Assembly: GCA_000004985.1 (NCBI GenBank)
Contig: GG738877.1
Strand: one strand, 5' to 3'
Origin: Naegleria gruberi
Taxonomy: Eukaryota
DNA: 64,000 nt
In this document: in pieces, positions 10,509-20,377 of the stretch
Numbering within the stretch: position 1 is the stretch's first letter
Layout: each line of letters opens with the position of its first letter
Program-made: the position numbers and the translations under genes
Notes under the pieces: generated by a model
Databases searched by the model: none
Told to the model about the DNA's origin: nothing
What the model saw: only the letters and a program-made list of their open reading frames with translations

Positions 10509-11282
10509 ATGAAGAATAAGATCTTGATTTTAGGTTTAGTTGCCAGTGTATTATTCATTGTTTTCATCTCTTCAGTTAAGGGTGAAGAGCCAAAGATGAA
10601 GAAACTTGCCTATTCTATTGTTGATGAAAGAAATAGGGCTAAAGAAGTTTGTTCAAAGGTTCTTGATGCTGATAAGAATCAAAAACTCTTCAAGAGATGT
10701 GTTAAGGATCTTGTTGTTATTGCAAAGAAGAGAATTAAGAAGGAGGCTCAAAAGAAGAAGAGAAAGCTTGTCAAGAATTATAAGAAGAATATTGCTCTCT
10801 TGTTAAAGTCAATCAAGGCATCAATGGCAGCTCAAACTGAAAAAGTAGATAAGCTTGTTGAATCTTTAAAGCAAAATCTTGAAAAGGAACAAGCCAAGAA
10901 GTGTGAAGTCCCAAAGCCAGCTGAAAACTCTGAAAAGAAAGTTGACGAAAAGAAGGAAGAAAAGAAACCAGAATCTCAACCATCTCCTCAATCTCCATCA
11001 AACAATCAACAACCAGCAAGTAATAACTCTCAAAATAATTCCTCCAATAATCAAAAACCAAAGAATATCAACAAGCCAACTGGAAAATCAAGAAATTCTT
11101 CCAATAAGAAGGTTAATTCTTCTTTCAAGAAAATCAAACAATTTACAAATAATACAAAGCAATCCAATACTAATTCCAATAAGAAACTTGCCAAAATTCC
11201 AAAAGCAAAGGCAGTCCAACAAGCAATTAGCAAGAATAAGCCTCTCCAAGTGAAGAATTCTTCAAAGATTATTAAGAAATAA
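10509..11282 (+). CDS. hypothetical secreted lysine-rich protein
   Basis: 257-aa ATG ORF with an N-terminal signal-like hydrophobic segment (KILILGLVASVLFIVFISSVKG). The rest is K/E-rich followed by an S/N/Q/K low-complexity tail. No domain was recognised. Confidence 0.4.
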   Translation: MKNKILILGLVASVLFIVFISSVKGEEPKMKKLAYSIVDERNRAKEVCSKVLDADKNQKLFKRCVKDLVVIAKKRIKKEAQKKKRKLVKNYKKNIALLLKSIKASMAAQTEKVDKLVESLKQNLEKEQAKKCEVPKPAENSEKKVDEKKEEKKPESQPSPQSPSNNQQPASNNSQNNSSNNQKPKNINKPTGKSRNSSNKKVNSSFKKIKQFTNNTKQSNTNSNKKLAKIPKAKAVQQAISKNKPLQVKNSSKIIKK

Positions 11283-11350
11283 ATTACTCAATGTAAATTT
11301 TAATATTCTGAGTAATTTTTAAAATAATTGGAAAATCAATTACAAAAAAA

Positions 11351-12058
11351 ATGACAACAAAACGTAGTAAGAGGAGTGTTACCGAGAAGAAAAAAATAAT
11401 ACTAGATGAAGATGATGAATTAAATGATCTATCGGAAGAAGAGGAAGAAAAAGTTGATGAAGATTCCGATTATGAAGAATCTAAAAAGAAAAAATCGAAA
11501 AAGGACAATAAAAAGGAAACCAAAAAGGAGACAAAGAAGGATAGTAAGAAGGAAAGTAAAAAGGATACAAAGAAAGATAGTAAAAAAGAGTCTTCTAAAA
11601 AAGAATCAAAAAAGAAGGAAACAAGAGAAGTTAAAAAGAAAGAAACAAAGAAGGAAACAAAATCTTCATCATCATCGGATCAAACAGCAACTTCTACAAC
11701 AAAAGGTTTATTACCTTTCAAATTAAAATTAGGATTTACAAAAGGAAAACGAAAGCGATCATTCAGACAAATTGTTTCAAAACAAGATTTAGCTAGCGAG
11801 GATGTTGATGAAAATGAATTGGAAAATCAAGATAATACAAATGGAAATCAACAACAAAATTTGACCTATTCTTCCATACAGGTTGGAAGTTTTTCACTCT
11901 ATCCTAAACCAAAATATTGTGATATTACTGGACTCTTATGTAAATATACCAATCCACACAACAAATTACAATATCATTCATCATGTATTCATCCATTAAT
12001 TTCCTCACTTTCAGAAGAAAAGATACAGCAATATCTTTCTGTGAGGTCTTTAAAATAA
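11351..12058 (+). CDS. INO80 complex subunit C (Ies6)-like protein with YL1 C-terminal motif
   Basis: 235-aa ATG ORF with a K/E/S-rich basic N-terminus. The C-terminal PKYCDITGLLCKYTNPHNKLQYHSSCIHPLISSL matches the YL1_C / Ies6 motif (human INO80C KKYSDVSGLLANYTDPQSKLRFSTIEEFSYIRRL). Confidence 0.5.
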   Translation: MTTKRSKRSVTEKKKIILDEDDELNDLSEEEEEKVDEDSDYEESKKKKSKKDNKKETKKETKKDSKKESKKDTKKDSKKESSKKESKKKETREVKKKETKKETKSSSSSDQTATSTTKGLLPFKLKLGFTKGKRKRSFRQIVSKQDLASEDVDENELENQDNTNGNQQQNLTYSSIQVGSFSLYPKPKYCDITGLLCKYTNPHNKLQYHSSCIHPLISSLSEEKIQQYLSVRSLK

Positions 12059-12158
12059 ATATTTTGTAAAATTGAAGAAATTTGAAATTGTAAATTGAAA
12101 CTTCAACGATAAATTTGGAACTAGAAAGATCTGATTTTAAGAAAAACAACAATAAAAA

Positions 12159-12968
12159 ATGTCGTCATTTGATTTACTTGCAGATGAAGATTTAATTTAT
12201 CAAAAAAAGCAACCAACAAGAAATAAGAAGAAAACAAAACAGCAACACTATGAAAAATCAATCATTCCAGAGACAGAATTTACAAAAATACACTTGAGCG
12301 AAGTTTGGGTTGTAATTTTGAAATATTTTGATTTTAAATCTCTGTATACTTCCTTTCTGTTTGTTGATAAGAAAGTGTGTGAAATTCTATACTCCCTTGA
12401 ATTCCAGAAATATATTCTTAATAGAGAATTTGAGGATGTTCTTTCTGGAGAATATGAATCAGATCACTCAGCTCTATACTCTCAAAATCAAAGCCTTCAA
12501 AGAAGTCTTATGAGAGTATTGGAAATTAATGATCGATTAAATATATTCGAATTAAGAAAGACTCATTCCAAACCAAAATCTGATCATCCACACAAAGTAT
12601 TTGAAAATTTGTTTTTTGGATTATTGAACAAGAGAACAAATTTCACAAACAGAAATATGATATTGAGGAAACTCATCAAAGTAAAGGTCAGTATTGGAAC
12701 AAGATCTGAGGTGGAATTCGACTCTTACAAAAGAGGGAAAATGAAATTATTCAGATCAGCTAATGAGAATGGTTTTGGAATGGTAGAAACAATTCCAGAT
12801 GTTCACAAAGAGGAAAGAAAACAAATGGAATGTGAACATTTCAACATTCTTGTATCAAGGAATGGAAATGATCCAGATTATCCATTCACTCTCCGTTGTA
12901 AAACATGTGATGCAACTGGACTACCTTGGCGTGATACTGTACAGAAACAAATCCAAAAGTATTTATAA
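12159..12968 (+). CDS. hypothetical protein (F-box-like N-terminal segment)
   Basis: 269-aa ATG ORF. IHLSEVWVVILKYFDFKSLYTSFLFVDKKVCEIL resembles an F-box. The C-terminus is Cys-containing (ECEHFNILVSRNGNDPDYPFTLRCKTCDATG). The 3' end overlaps the convergent dehydrogenase gene by 6 nt. Confidence 0.4.
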   Translation: MSSFDLLADEDLIYQKKQPTRNKKKTKQQHYEKSIIPETEFTKIHLSEVWVVILKYFDFKSLYTSFLFVDKKVCEILYSLEFQKYILNREFEDVLSGEYESDHSALYSQNQSLQRSLMRVLEINDRLNIFELRKTHSKPKSDHPHKVFENLFFGLLNKRTNFTNRNMILRKLIKVKVSIGTRSEVEFDSYKRGKMKLFRSANENGFGMVETIPDVHKEERKQMECEHFNILVSRNGNDPDYPFTLRCKTCDATGLPWRDTVQKQIQKYL

Positions 12969-14543
12969 AACCTTGTGTGGATTCATAATATTGTTTGGAT
13001 CGAGAGTTTTCTTGATTGATTTCATCAAATTGAGTGCAACATTGGTTTGTGAATAGTGGAGATAATTCTTTTTCAAAACTCCAATACCATGCTCTGCTGA
13101 AATACTTCCTCTATGCTTGCTTGTCCATTCATAGACATATGGTTCAATAGTTTCCTTAATTTGTTTTTCAAATTTTGGTGAGACAATGTTCAAGTGGAGA
13201 TTTTCATCACCCAAATGTCCAAAACTGTAAACCTTTGCTTGTGGGAAGACTTTCATTCTCTCCTTCATATCCAATACAATGTCATACATTTTGGCGAGTG
13301 GAATTGAAATGTCATACTTGTACACATAGCCATCCTTTTTCAATGATTCTGAAACCAACTCTCTAAATTTCCAAAGATATTGCGATTGTTTTTCATCAAA
13401 TGCTAAACTTCCATCAGTGGCTACTCCTTCTTCTAAGGCCTTTGCAAAGAAATCATTTAATTTTTCTTCATCGTGCTCTTTAGAACTTCCTTGTGTTTCA
13501 ATGACGAGATAGAATGGATGTTCTCCCTCAACTGGTGGTTGAAGAGTTTCATGATTTAATCTCATTACCAATTTCATACTATCACTATCAACAAACTCAA
13601 CAGCAGATAATATTTCACCCAACTCTCTCTTTGCCATTAAAATTAATTCTTGAACTTTTTCAAATGATTCAACGGAAATAAGAGCTACATTGACAGATTT
13701 TGGTTTGATTGGAACTTGAAGAGCTACTTTTGTAATAATTCCCAAAGTTCCTTCACTTCCAACAAATAAATGTGATAAATGATAACCAGTATTATCCTTT
13801 CTAATTTCCTTAATTGAATCCATAATTGAGCCATCTGGTAAAACACATTCCAAACCAAGTAAATTCGAATGTAATGAACCAAATTTAACATATCTAATAC
13901 CTCCAGCACCTGTTGCAATATTACCACCAATTTGACAACTTCCTTTAGCAGCCAAATCAAGTGGCATTTGATATCCCTTCTCTTCCAAAGTATGATTTAA
14001 ATGTTCTAAAATACAACCAGATTGACAAATCAATTTTCCACTCTTATCATTAAATGAAATAATTTCATTCATTAAATTTGTACTCAAAATGATTTGAGGT
14101 CTATGTTCAATTTGTTCATTTACAGGTATTCCACCACCTACTAAACCAGTATTTCCTCCCTGTGGAATAATAACAATATTATTCTCATTACAATATTTTA
14201 CAATTTTTGAAACTTGTTCAGTTGTTCTAGGTCTCAAAACAAGTTCGGAAGCTCCTTTAAATTGACCTGTCCAATCATGATTAAAAGCCATATCAATTTC
14301 ATTAGGATTATATAAAACTTCACCTCCTTTCTTTGTTGTTGAAGTGTCCTCATCAAAAATCCTTTTAATTTCATCTACATGTTTCCTATCGAGAGTTAGA
14401 GCAATATTATTGGAATGAAACAATCGTTGGAATGTTGTGCTCATTCCCTTGCCACTAGTATTTTTCAATTTGAATAGAAGATGATGATTATTATTATTTG
14501 ATGCTAATAAAACAGCACGACAAAGGCTTTTATGAATAAACAT
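12963..14543 (-). CDS. FAD-linked oxidase: D-2-hydroxyglutarate dehydrogenase / D-lactate dehydrogenase family, mitochondrial
   Basis: 526-aa ATG ORF with an N-terminal presequence-like region. ASELVLRPRTTEQVSKIVKYCNENNIVIIPQGGNTGLVGGGIPV matches the FAD-binding PCMH domain of human D2HGDH ([41 protein letters not shown]). The C-terminal FAD-oxidase domain is present (…EHGIGVLKKNYL…). Confidence 0.75.
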   Translation of the reverse strand: MFIHKSLCRAVLLASNNNNHHLLFKLKNTSGKGMSTTFQRLFHSNNIALTLDRKHVDEIKRIFDEDTSTTKKGGEVLYNPNEIDMAFNHDWTGQFKGASELVLRPRTTEQVSKIVKYCNENNIVIIPQGGNTGLVGGGIPVNEQIEHRPQIILSTNLMNEIISFNDKSGKLICQSGCILEHLNHTLEEKGYQMPLDLAAKGSCQIGGNIATGAGGIRYVKFGSLHSNLLGLECVLPDGSIMDSIKEIRKDNTGYHLSHLFVGSEGTLGIITKVALQVPIKPKSVNVALISVESFEKVQELILMAKRELGEILSAVEFVDSDSMKLVMRLNHETLQPPVEGEHPFYLVIETQGSSKEHDEEKLNDFFAKALEEGVATDGSLAFDEKQSQYLWKFRELVSESLKKDGYVYKYDISIPLAKMYDIVLDMKERMKVFPQAKVYSFGHLGDENLHLNIVSPKFEKQIKETIEPYVYEWTSKHRGSISAEHGIGVLKKNYLHYSQTNVALNLMKSIKKTLDPNNIMNPHKVL

Positions 14544-14724
14544 TTTTTAATAAATTTAAATTTTAGAAATTAAAAATCGATAAATTGGAATTTTAAAAGG
14601 ATTTTTTTATTGCACGAAGAGGTTGTGATGATTTTCTCCGTGTATTGTGTTAGAATAATTTAACTTCTAATTAATTATGTACACACCAATATTATTTTCC
14701 TTAATAATTTAAGTCTCTCTGAGT

Positions 14725-16163
14725 TTAATGATCCGAGTAGTCACCATTCTCATGGTTTTGTTCATTGTCAACATGTTGATGAGGATGATGAAGTGTATCA
14801 TGAGTTGTTGGAATGAGGTTGGTAGTTGAAGGATTAATGCCAGGAACTATTGGGTCATGTTTCATGAGCTTTCTTTGTCTACGTTCTTCTGAATGTTCAT
14901 GGTCAGAATCTTCATCACTTGACGACCAATCATTCTTTCTTCGTTTCTTATCATTTTCAGTCATATCTGTGAAAGGTTTATGATGAGCTCCCAGCGTCGA
15001 TGTTGGTTCTTTTTTCTTGGTTGATTTGGTCTTAGAGGAATATTGTGGTTGACTATAATATGGATCAGTAATTTGTGCAACTGGAGGGAATTTAGAACTT
15101 TGAGCTAAATGGTTTACAGCATATTGACCTGTACCAGTTGCTGGATTGATTGAGGGAGCTGTTGACGCGTAAGCTTTACCTCCTCCCAAAATTGGAGTCC
15201 TAGATGGATTAATACGAATATTTCTATTTCCAAGAAGTGTACCAGAACATTCTAAAGCTTTGTTTCTAGATTCCATATGTAAAAATTCCACAAATGCAAA
15301 TCGTGCACTATGTACTGCATCTCCAGCCAAAACAACTTTAGTAACAGGACCACAATTAGCATCAAAAAATTCTTTAAGATCATCTTCTGTCAATGAAATA
15401 TCAGCATTTCCTACATAAACAGTTCTATTAATTTGATCATGATGGGCAGGAGTAAATGAATAAACAGCACCATTTCCAACAGCACCTGGTGTAGGCTGAA
15501 TTGGTGTCCTCGATCCTAAAATGCGTAGGGCATATCTTCCAAGAAATTGACCAGACAAGGAAACAGCTGCTTGTGCACTTTCCTTCTGTTCAAATTCAAA
15601 AAAGGCAAATCTTGTTGGATGTTGAGTGTCTCCACATACTCTGTAATTTACAATTCTGCCACAGTATGAGAAGAACTCACATACTTGAGCTTCCAATATT
15701 TGTGTATCAATACTTGTTACATAAATTGTTCTCTTGATTTTATCATCTTCCTCAGCCTTCCTCTTTAATTCCGATTCTGAAAGAAATTGATATTTTGTTG
15801 CATTATCATCTGTAGGTGAAATTTGAGTTGGATTTGATTGTACAGGTGTTGGATTAGAGATTGGACTACGACTTAGGGATATTTTCAAATGTTTACCAAG
15901 AATTTCTGTTCCGCTAAGTTCGATAGCTACTTTTGCCTCCTCACTTGATGAGAATTCTACAAATGCGTATTTATTTGTTGGCTCTCTAATCATGGTTGTA
16001 TTTTGTTGTTGTTGTTGATATTTCCCCATAATACAATTTTTTCATGTACTTACCCAGCTATCTTTACGTTGCAAATAGTCCCGCAGTCGTCAAAGAAAGT
16101 TTTGATTAACTCTTCGTTAAATTCTGCTGGAAGATTGGAAACGTAGATTGTGCGTCCAGACAT
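14725..16163 (-). CDS. RNA-binding protein with three RRM domains; 2 exons
   Basis: Exon 1 (16054-16163) encodes MSGRTIYVSNLPAEFNEELIKTFFDDCGTICNVKIAG (RNP2 plus beta2). A GTAAGT donor opens a 68-nt intron (15986-16053) with a TAG acceptor. Exon 2 (14725-15985) continues EPTNKYAFVEF… (RNP1). Two further RRMs follow (RFAFFEFEQKESAQAAV and RFAFVEFLHMESRNKALEC). The total is 1371 nt. Alternatively translation could start at the in-frame ATG at 16029 inside the proposed intron. Confidence 0.55.
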
Positions 16164-16563
16164 TTTTTTTGCAGTTGTTTATTGTTGGAATGATTTTTTA
16201 CTTTCCGTCGCTGTTGTAACCTCTTTAATAAATTATTCTGTATTCACTCTATATTGTAATAATATTAATATTGAATTGATCGTCATCATAGTTCTTGCTT
16301 CTTGTTCCGATAACTTATCACATTATTTAAAAATCTCTCATCAAATAGATGAATTGACCAACAATGAACTGGATATGAAAGAGGCTCATTCAGTTTCTGA
16401 ATAAAGACCACATGACGAAAGTATCAATAGATATTATATTATTACAATTTTATTCTCTATAGAAATTTACAGGTAGATTATAAATTAATCTTGATCTAAA
16501 ATAATTTTGTTCAATTAATTTAGCAAATAATTATGTGATTTGTTATTGATGATCAAGATCGTC

Positions 16564-16995
16564 CTAGTAGAATCTTCTGAAAAGATTAAATCCTCCTTCC
16601 ATTGGTCTAGCAGGAGTACTTGTTTCTTCCTCTTCCGATTTTGTATTATTATCAACAACAGTGACAGTGGTGCTATTATTTGATGATGTTATTACTGGTG
16701 TTGTAGTATTACTATTAGATGATTCTGATTTTTGAACAACATTTGGTGTGGCTTGTTTAGTAATGACGATCGTCTTTTCCAACTCATCTTCATTTGTCTT
16801 ATCGGATGCTGACTGTTTTTCTTCCTCTCCTTCTGTTGTAGATTCCTTGAAAGAAAGAGCCTCTTCAGCCTCCTTTTTCTTTGCTTCAATAGCAGCAGCA
16901 TCAAAGTACAAGTGAAATTCTCTGCCTGCATATCCACCTATTCCTAATCCTAAAGCTGAACCCAACAGCACTGCTCGCATACCAAAATTATTCAT
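16564..16995 (-). CDS. hypothetical small protein with N-terminal Gly-zipper TM segment
   Basis: 143-aa ATG ORF. It starts MNNFGMRAVLLGSALGLGIGGYAG and continues with an acidic/Ser-Thr-rich tail. No recognised domain was found. Confidence 0.35.
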   Translation of the reverse strand: MNNFGMRAVLLGSALGLGIGGYAGREFHLYFDAAAIEAKKKEAEEALSFKESTTEGEEEKQSASDKTNEDELEKTIVITKQATPNVVQKSESSNSNTTTPVITSSNNSTTVTVVDNNTKSEEEETSTPARPMEGGFNLFRRFY

Positions 16996-17122
16996 TTTTT
17001 AAAGTTTATTATTCACAACTTGACGAGGACAAAAATATTGTGTGGATCTATTTTCTAATCAGATTCTTGCATGTAGCCAAAATGTTTTCCAAATAGTCTG
17101 GAATAGTCTTATTGGAGGAGTA

Positions 17123-18225
17123 TTATTCTTGATTATTTTCAGTAGAGTTTTTAACAATTTGCATTTCTTGTTTTCTTTTAAAAACTACTTGTTTCAATTC
17201 ATCTGAGAGAGGATTATTTGAGAGAGATGATCTTTGAGTTCGAATGGGTATTGAATATGTCGTTGGTTTTGATTCTGTTTCAGTTGTTGAATTATTCACA
17301 GAAGAGGAAGTTTCAGTAAGCTTTGATTTGTGCATAATTGGTGGCATTCTAAATCTTGACCCAAGGCTGAGAGGTTTTTCAGGTTCTGGCATTTGATTTT
17401 CGCATTCATACACATTAACAACTTTCTTCTCAATATTAAGGAATGGTTTTTGGCTGGAAGCACGAGGTGAAAGAGATTCTTCATGATAAAATCTTCTATC
17501 GAGAGTTTCTCTTTCTTCAGAATTAAAGGGGATTGTTGAAAATTCCTCAAAATAGCTATCAATACCTTTATCAGTGCTATCCAAAGACTCTAGTTTAGGA
17601 TAATAAAAGTTCTCAACCTCTTTACATAAAAGCTCAATCTTGTACTTTAAATTGCCAACACTTTCCATTAATGATGACTCAGTTCTTTTTAATTGATCTT
17701 CTGGTTGTTTTTCTGTCATCAAATATACGTATGATTTGAGAGTATCCATACAACTTTCAATTTCTTTTTTATATTGCGAGAAATACTCAAAATCGCTCTC
17801 TTCACTAACCTCATTCAATTTTTCAATTTTTTCTAATATTTTGAAACTGATTGATCCAATTTTACCCTTTTCAGAAAACTCATGCAATACTATTGATTGA
17901 TTAATTAAATATTGATTAAATATTACGTACGCTTCTCCTTTAACTGAATTGTTATCTCAGTATTTTTAGAAAAGTGAATTATAGTTGTAAGCAAAAATTC
18001 ATCCAAATCATAATTTACAGTAATTAAATCACTAATTGATGCAATACTGTTGGTATTTAAACTATCCAAAAATGTATGAATGTCCAAAATTTGTGGAATA
18101 GGTTCTTCAGTTAAGCTCTCAAAAAACGAAAGAACACTTGTTTTTGTGTGAATGGTAGACTTTAAAGAATCTACCAAACTTTTCCTCATGTATTTACATT
18201 TCATCATACTTTCAGGAGTTTTCAT
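17123..18225 (-). CDS. hypothetical coiled-coil protein; 2 exons
   Basis: Exon A is 17931-18225 (ATG at 18225). A GTACGT donor opens a 41-nt intron (17890-17930) with a TAG acceptor. Exon B (17123-17889) continues in phase (…IQLKEK-L-LHEFSEKGKIGS…). The total is 1062 nt. No domain was recognised. Confidence 0.4.
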
Positions 18226-18301
18226 CTCAATTCGAGAAATAGGTGCATTATGGAGATTGTCACTATTTATATTTAATAAATTGAAAAATTAAAACTTTAA
18301 C

Positions 18302-19039
18302 CTACATGAAATATCCTCTTGAAGTCAACTCTATCTCTTTAATAGTTTTTAAAATACCATTACATTTCTTGTGGTATAATCTCATTGATCTAATGATTCG
18401 TTTCAAATTTGTACATGTATTTTCATTCAAAATTTTTAATTTATACAATGAGTTCTTTTCTTGTTTTAGTATTTTAATTTTCATTAAGTAACCTACCTCA
18501 AATTCTCTATACTTTACAATTAATAAAAACAAGCCAGCTACAAGCATCATTGTAATAAGGGATGGCAGATAATCTGCTGTAAAATGAAATAAAACTAATA
18601 TACAAAATAATAAAATTATCAAATATGAATTAGGCTCTGTAATATTTGGAAATACTTCATTATCTGAAGATAAATATTCAATTGTATTTTCAATACTTTC
18701 AGATTTCTCCTTTGCTAAAACATAACAATATTGTTCTAAATAGGATGTAATAGCATTATCCAAATAGTATTGATCATAATCAAATAAAACAAATGATATC
18801 TTTTTCCAATAATATCGAGACATCTTTAAAGATAACGAAATTAGTTGGTTCATCAAAAGGTAGAAATGGTTTGTTGATTTTGAAATATTATCAATGGATG
18901 ATTTTGTTTGTTCTCCCTTTAATGATGAAGTAGGATCGGATAGACTCGACATGGCTTGCTCACCATTTTGCTCCTGATCCTTTAATCGACTTTGCAGCAA
19001 ATCATGCATTGGTGTTCCCGGCCTTATGACTTTGTACAT
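18302..19039 (-). CDS. hypothetical multi-pass membrane protein
   Basis: The track ORF starts at TTG (19060), and the first ATG is at 19039. Hydrophobic helices are present (SYLIILLFCILVLFHF, LITMMLVAGLFLLIV). No domain was recognised. Confidence 0.35.
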   Translation of the reverse strand: MYKVIRPGTPMHDLLQSRLKDQEQNGEQAMSSLSDPTSSLKGEQTKSSIDNISKSTNHFYLLMNQLISLSLKMSRYYWKKISFVLFDYDQYYLDNAITSYLEQYCYVLAKEKSESIENTIEYLSSDNEVFPNITEPNSYLIILLFCILVLFHFTADYLPSLITMMLVAGLFLLIVKYREFEVGYLMKIKILKQEKNSLYKLKILNENTCTNLKRIIRSMRLYHKKCNGILKTIKEIELTSRGYFM

Positions 19040-19210
19040 TTTTTGTGATTGTTCATGCAAATCTTGTATTCGTTGTAGACAATCTTGATTGTGTTAATTC
19101 TAATTGCGTTTCTAAATCATTATTATTATTAATAGAGAATACATTGTTTTAGAAGTTTAAATAAGATGGTAAATATGATGATTATTTGAAGAAGAATATT
19201 AATGATGAAT

Positions 19211-19833
19211 TTAATGTTCTTGTTCTTCACAATACTTTTGATAAGCATCCTTGGACATTAATTCTTCAGCTTCTTGTTCGAATTCCAACTTGATCATCCA
19301 ACCATCAGCTTCAGCACTTTCGTTGACGACACCTGGGTTATCATTCAAAACAGCATTGACTGCAGTAATCTTACCAGAGACTGGTGAGTAAACTTCAGAA
19401 ACAGACTTGACAGATTCAACTTCACCAATAACACTGCTGGCTTGAATAACATCACCAACCTTTTATCATCATGCACATTCCGAAATTATTTTGTAAGCAT
19501 GATACCAGATTAATTTTCATCATCGCCGTTAGCAATTTAACATTTTCAATAATAATAAATTTAAATAATATTTAAACAGAAAATTAAGTGAGTACTGATG
19601 AAGAGAAAATCACATACCTTGACGGACAAAGCAACGTGAACAATTTCACCAAGCTTTGATTGGGCTTCTTCAGAAATACCAACAACAGCTTGCTTTCCAC
19701 TTTCAAATCTAACCCATTCGTGATCCTTTGAATATTTAACAGTGGCATATGATTGTCTTTGAACAAAATTCAAAGATTGCAATTGTCTGAAATTTCTAGA
19801 GGTATTCTTGGTGATTCTAGCGAGAGAGAACAT
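19211..19833 (-). CDS. GCSH: glycine cleavage system H protein (lipoyl carrier), mitochondrial; 2 exons
   Basis: Exon 1 is 19618-19833 (72 codons: [15 protein letters not shown]…[37 protein letters not shown]). A GTATGT donor opens a 158-nt intron with an AAG acceptor. Exon 2 is 19211-19459 ([60 protein letters not shown]…), with the lipoyl-lysine in ESVKS. It ends at TAA 19211-19213. Confidence 0.8.
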
Positions 19834-20377
19834 TTTTTTTTCTTCAAGGTTGCCTGCTGGAACGTTTTGCCGATTATTAGCTGGGCTTTGATGTTAAAAT
19901 AGGCACAAATTAATACAAGGCAATCCCAAAGCTTCTGAAATATTACTCTATAATTTATTATAAAACATTGCAAATTTGCTTGAAAGTGGTGGATGATGTG
20001 ATATGGTTGTCGGTGGTAATTAGTATCAACTTGAAGTAATAAATTCAACCCAGTGAATGAAACTGGAATTTCAAATTGATTGACTCCCTGCTGTTTCACA
20101 AGAAGTGATAATGAGGTAGATGATGACTATTCGCAACAATAATGACGTTATTCTTGATTCCTTTGTTACATTGATTAAAGATGTTGTTCAGTTTTTTTGC
20201 AAGGTTGTATCATTATGAGAGATTGTGTAAACTTTTTTTTCTGATAAAAACTGGAAAACCGCTTTCCACCAAACACAAGAAGAAAAAATGCCTACACCGC
20301 TGTTGATATTCTATTCATAGCAAACGCTGCTTGTCAATGCTCAAGAAAAAAAGAACACAACACTGCTAATCATCAAC

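Noticed and set aside
16029-16029. Alternative start for the RRM gene at the ATG at 16029 (MGKYQQQQQ…)
   Set aside because: That ATG lies inside the proposed 68-nt intron. The upstream exon supplies the missing RNP2 and beta2 half of the first RRM with phase-correct GTAAGT/AG junctions, so the spliced model is preferred. It is kept as a caveat.
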